Shown here piece after piece: positions 62,501 through 64,000 of a stretch of 64,000 nt of DNA. Source of the DNA: Diplonema japonicum (lineage: Eukaryota; Protista; Euglenozoa: Diplonemea); contig OZ025654.1 in NCBI GenBank assembly GCA_964019335.1, positions 620,001 through 684,000 of the forward strand, read 5' to 3'. A program made the position numbers and the translations under genes. The stretch's first letter is position 1; every line of letters begins with the position of its first letter. Below the pieces are notes generated by a model. The model had not been told where the DNA came from, did no database searches, and was given only the letters and a program-made list of their open reading frames with translations.

Positions 62501-63608
62501 TAGGCAGTGTTAAACTTGTTGTCAGAGTGGGAAGTGACAAGGACTCGGTAAAGGTGATTGTTGCAGTTGGAAGAGTGATGCTCTCTGTCCTTGTTGCTGT
62601 TAATGAAAGGCTCTCCGTCACCGTCGGAAGTGTGAATGTTTCTGTGGGTGTGAACGTTGCAGTTGGCAACGAAAGACTCACAGTCTCAGAGAGAGTTGCT
62701 GATGGAATTGTGATGCTGAGTGTTTCGGTTGTTGTCAAAGACTGAGACACAGTGCCTGTTGGAAGAGTGATTGTTTCTGAAAGGGTTGCTGTCCCAGTTG
62801 GGAGTGTGACGCTCAATGTCTCAGTGTCCGAAGTAGACAAGCTTTCACTCACTGTGAGTGTTGGGAGAGTGATGGTTTCAGTGAATGTACCGGTTTCAGT
62901 TGGAAGAGTGATGCTGATTGTTTCAGTTGATGACAGCGACTGCGATTGAGTGCTTGTAGGGAGAGTAAAAGATTCCGAAAGGGTAAAACTTGCTGTGGCA
63001 GTGACAGTTAAAGATGGCAAAGTCAGACTCTCAGAAACCGTAGCTGTTGAACTCGGCAAGGTAACACTGATGGACTCAGTGGTCGATAGGGTTGCAGAAA
63101 CAGTACCCGTATAACTAGGGATGGTGAAGGTTGCAGATAACGTACTCGTTGCTGTTGGAAAGGTGATGCTGACAGTCTCAGAAAGTGATATCGTCTCGCT
63201 TCGAGTTGCTGTCGGCAGCGTTATAGTTTCAGAAAGAGTGACAGTAAAGGTGGGCACCGTTAAACTAATCGTGTCTGTAACCGAAGAAGACACACTCTGT
63301 GTTCCAGTGGGGAGGGTAATAGTGTTTGACATAGTATAGGTAGTGGTCGGCATGGTAATGCTGGTAGTTTCTGTAGAGGACTGCGACACACTTGCCGTAG
63401 TTGAAGGCAGCGTGAAAGTCTCCGTAACTGTAGCAGTAGTTGTTGGTAAGGTGATGCTATGTGTCTCACTGTTTGTGGGCAGAGTCACGGTGACAGTGGC
63501 TGTCTCTGTGGGCAGCGTCAGTGTAGTTGTCTTCGTGACAGCTTCAAGCACCACAACCTGAAGAAGCAGAACAGCTATGCCCAGCTGCCGTATGCATCTC
63601 ACGCCCAT
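53556..63608 (-). CDS. 3350-aa Thr/Ser-rich repeat type I membrane protein, paralogue of 44872..52590
   Basis: Signal peptide; LPT repeats; Pro-rich stalk; TM YVVVLGGLIVMAGVVVVVLAVV; Gly/Ala tail; internal 852-bp and longer duplications. Confidence 0.88.
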   Translation of the reverse strand: MGVRCIRQLGIAVLLLQVVVLEAVTKTTTLTLPTETATVTVTLPTNSETHSITLPTTTATVTETFTLPSTTASVSQSSTETTSITMPTTTYTMSNTITLPTGTQSVSSSVTDTISLTVPTFTVTLSETITLPTATRSETISLSETVSITFPTATSTLSATFTIPSYTGTVSATLSTTESISVTLPSSTATVSESLTLPSLTVTATASFTLSESFTLPTSTQSQSLSSTETISITLPTETGTFTETITLPTLTVSESLSTSDTETLSVTLPTGTATLSETITLPTGTVSQSLTTTETLSITIPSATLSETVSLSLPTATFTPTETFTLPTVTESLSLTATRTESITLPTATITFTESLSLPTLTTSLTLPTSTVTASETISLPTSTVTLSLSETQTVSITLPTETFSESVSLTLPTATISATETISLPTSTLTESQTTSESVSITLPTSSATFTSSLTLPTETVSVTASLTETDTTSITLPTGTVTATETITLPTLTQSESLSLSETVSLTLPTSTFSTSVSVTETISITLPTMTSTFTETITLPTLTVSESLSISDTETLSVTLPTGTATLSETITLPTSTVSQSLTTTETFSITIPSATLSETVSLSLPTATFTLTETFTLPTMTESISLTATSTVSITLPTATITFTESLTLPTLTTSVTVTTSLTLPTSTVTASETISLPTSTVTLSLSETQTVSITLPTETFSESVSLTLPTATISATETISLPTSTMTESQTTSESVSITLPTSSATFTSSLTLPTETVSVTASLTETGTTSITLPTSTFSTSVSVTLPTATTTVTETITLPTITSSVSLSATNTFTDTISLPTLTVSESLSISDTETLSVTLPTGTATLSETITLPTGTVSQSLTTTETLSITIPSATLSETVSLSLQTATFTLTETFTLPTVTESISLTATRTESITLPTATITFTESLSLPTLTTTVTFTTSLTLPTSTVTASETISLPTSTVTLSLSETQTVSITLPTETFSESVSLTLPTATISATETISLPTSTMTESQTTSESVSITLPTSSATFTSSLTLPTETVSVTASLTETGTTSITLPTSTFSTSVSVTLPTATTTVTETITLPTITSSVSLSATSTFTETITLPTLTVSESLSISDTETLSVTLPTGTATLSETITLPTSTVSQSLTTTETFSITIPSATLSETVSLSLPTATFTLTETFTLPTMTESISLTATSTVSITLPTATITFTESLTLPTLTTSVTVTTSLTLPTSTVTASETISLPTSTVTLSLSETQTVSITLPTETFSESVSLTLPTATISATETISLPTSTMTESQTTSESVSITLPTSSATFTSSLTLPTETVSVTASLTETGTTSITLPTGTVTATETITLPTLTQSESLSLSETVSLTLPTSTFSTSVSVTLPSATSTVTETITLPTITSSVSLSSTETISITLPTETGTFTETISLPTLTVSESLSISDTATLSVTLPTGTATLSETITLPTSTVSQSLTTTETLSITIPSATLSETVSLSLPTATFTPTETFTLPTVTESLSLTATRTESITLPTATITFTESLSLPTLTTSLTLPTSTVTASETISLPTSTVTLSLSETQTVSITLPTETFSESVSLTLPTATISATETISLPTSTLTESQTTSESVSITLPTSSATFTSSLTLPTETVSVTASLTETDTTSITLPTGTVTATETITLPTLTQSESLSLSETVSLTLPTSTFSTSVSVTLPSATSTVTETISLPTSTLSQSATMSESLSISLPTSTNTFTETFTLPTITLTTSESTSRSATTSFTIPTQTLTATETITLPTDTVSATVSVSLPTSTASVTMSLSLPTDTASSTMTISLPTSTVSTTATSSLTLSLSLPTATASETITLPTATVSETITLPTGTETLSVTLPTSTATLSVSLPTSTETTTVSLPTGTGTETVTLPSSTATLTVTLPSATKTLTVTLPTSTASSTMTLPTGTGSVTYTLPTGTTSQTFTLDTRTETSTLTLPTTTATVSITLPTATETVSFSLPTATASETITLPTATVSETITLPTGTETLSVTLPTSTATLSVSLPTSTETTTVSLPTGTGTETVTLPSSTATLTITLPTGTASGTVTLPTETLTTTFTLPTGTASSTFTLPTGTETLTLTLPTGTATLTITLPSATSTETLTLPTATFSQTATLPTGTETVTLSLPTTTETLTLSLPTETSTETLTLPTTTGTISFTLPSATETVTFTLPTSTATTTLTLPTSTVTGTLTLPTVTATETLTLPTATATETVTLPTGTASSTFTLPTGTQTLTLTLPTSTATLSITLPSETISATSTMPTATETVTSTLPTGTETVSLTLRTRTETVTLSLPTRTETLTLTLPTATVTETFTLPTSTVTETITLPTATETVTLSLPTGTETVTLTLPTSTATETFTLPTESVSETVTLPTMTATATFTLPSATNTVSLTLPTATVSQTITLPTWTATETFTLPTNTETVTITLRTETFTSTLTLPTATRSETLTLPTVTLSSTATLPTVTGTETITLPTRTETVSLTLPSSTLSETITLPTLTASESITLPTQTLTETFTLPSGTASSSFTLFTGTETITISLPTATVTMTLPSGTMSSTPTMPTVSVSYSVTQPTATTTLTSTLPTVTGTFSFTLPTLSTSETITLPTATVTTTLSLPTGSLSLTLTLPTHTATLTFTLPTSTETETMTLPTGTETDTFSIPTKTETFTVSLPTVTGTATLTLPTHTMTASFTLPTGTESETLTLPTITNTVTLTLPSRTETVTLTLLTKTQTVTQTLPTSTVTETVTLPTYSQTVSITVPTRTETETLTLPTTTETATISLPTRTGTFTQTLPTLTESETMTLPTGTGTTTLTLPTGTASETITLPTGTETMTLSLPTGTASLTLTFPTGTASYTMSIPTGSATFSLTLPTGTETTSMTMPTETETATVTLPTETPSSTFTLPTGTATETFTLPTGTETKSLSLPTATVTDSSTLPTHSRTISSTMPTATETHSFTLPSGTLTPSITPPTASPSRSLTLPTSTMTETLTLPTHTETFSLTFATGTITQTATLPTGTETQSLTETHTVSLTLPTPTESLSETHTETRSMTLPTLSETASATLTLGTLSDTFTVSLITASSTLTGTATIPTVTDTTTLTGTDSTSLTGTFSETGTVSSTILTGTESVSLSSTDTRTSTMPPTPWPTVRPTPAPTPVPTIVPTVPPTVAPTVVPPPVLSTPAPLPTTVPSPTVAPVSDVPLPTIVSPPVPTLEANTFAPPPSTLLAEHTIGKQKSTKTYVVVLGGLIVMAGVVVVVLAVVQFTAVGVAGGAAAGAGGAAGAGAAGVGMGAGAAPGAAPGAGASGALAQAADWVDVMV

Positions 63609-63693
63609 GCGTGGTTCCCCTCCTCCCCCCTGTTTAATTTTCTTTTGAAGGTGTCGATCGGGTAGAAAGAATGACGACGTCGATCATTTAATG

Positions 63694-64000
63694 TTATTGA
63701 AGGGACCAAGCTTGGGATGGCTCAAGGTTGTAGTACCGTCTGAGGGACAGCTCGCCGATGAGATCCGGTCCATGTACAACAGGAAGGGACTCCCCCGTGT
63801 TGCTGAGATGATGGATAGTGGCCCATTCACCGCTGGGACGCTGGCCAAGTCTGCTGTAAGGCAGCAACGTTTCACCTTTGATGGGGTTGATCAAACTACA
63901 TATAGGCGCATAAGCGTCTTTCGATATTGCAGCATCCTTGCAAAAGTTAAAGCCTGAGAACTTCGCTTCCGAAACGACCCAAGCCGTGAGCTTTTGCACA
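63694..64000 (-). CDS. 3' end of an upstream gene, unknown product (partial)
   Basis: Open frame from the window edge to a stop at 63694, same strand as all other genes. Confidence 0.5.
   Translation of the reverse strand, partial: VQKLTAWVVSEAKFSGFNFCKDAAISKDAYAPICSLINPIKGETLLPYSRLGQRPSGEWATIHHLSNTGESLPVVHGPDLIGELSLRRYYNLEPSQAWSLQ

Noticed and set aside
45971-63561. Long plus-strand Val/Ser/Gly ORFs (up to 1284 aa)
   Set aside because: Antisense shadows of the Thr-rich repeats, whose codons rarely give reverse-strand stops.

Overview
Eukaryotic genomic DNA, probably a euglenozoan protist (diplomenid/kinetoplastid-like, most likely a diplonemid; this is an inference). Every credible protein-coding gene (about 15) lies on the minus strand as one directional cluster, with few GT-AG introns and intergenic DNA rich in homopolymer tracts. 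The genes are: a spliced Cys-rich/PDT-mucin multi-TM surface protein, a kinesin, a DUF218-histidine phosphatase fusion, Mpv17/PMP22, a Ubl-ankyrin protein, an S53 sedolisin/TPP1-like peptidase, a 2795-aa PAN/EGF-like repeat membrane protein, an RbAp46/48-like WD40 protein, an actin-related protein, a centrin-like EF-hand protein, two small ORFs, two giant Thr-rich 11-aa-repeat proteins and one partial CDS. The most notable content is a retroelement system. It has two APE/RT-type non-LTR retrotransposon copies (one near full length with a 2A-like GDIHPNPGP peptide) and a 42-bp 3'-end copy. It also has two 310-350-bp non-coding elements that each begin exactly at a hand-foldable HDV-like self-cleaving ribozyme. 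All are co-oriented with host genes and end in oligo(T) rather than poly(A). A cluster of MITE-like elements sits between C-runs and G-runs at 16.9-18.9 kb. Structures and alignments were done by eye; no database searches were run.
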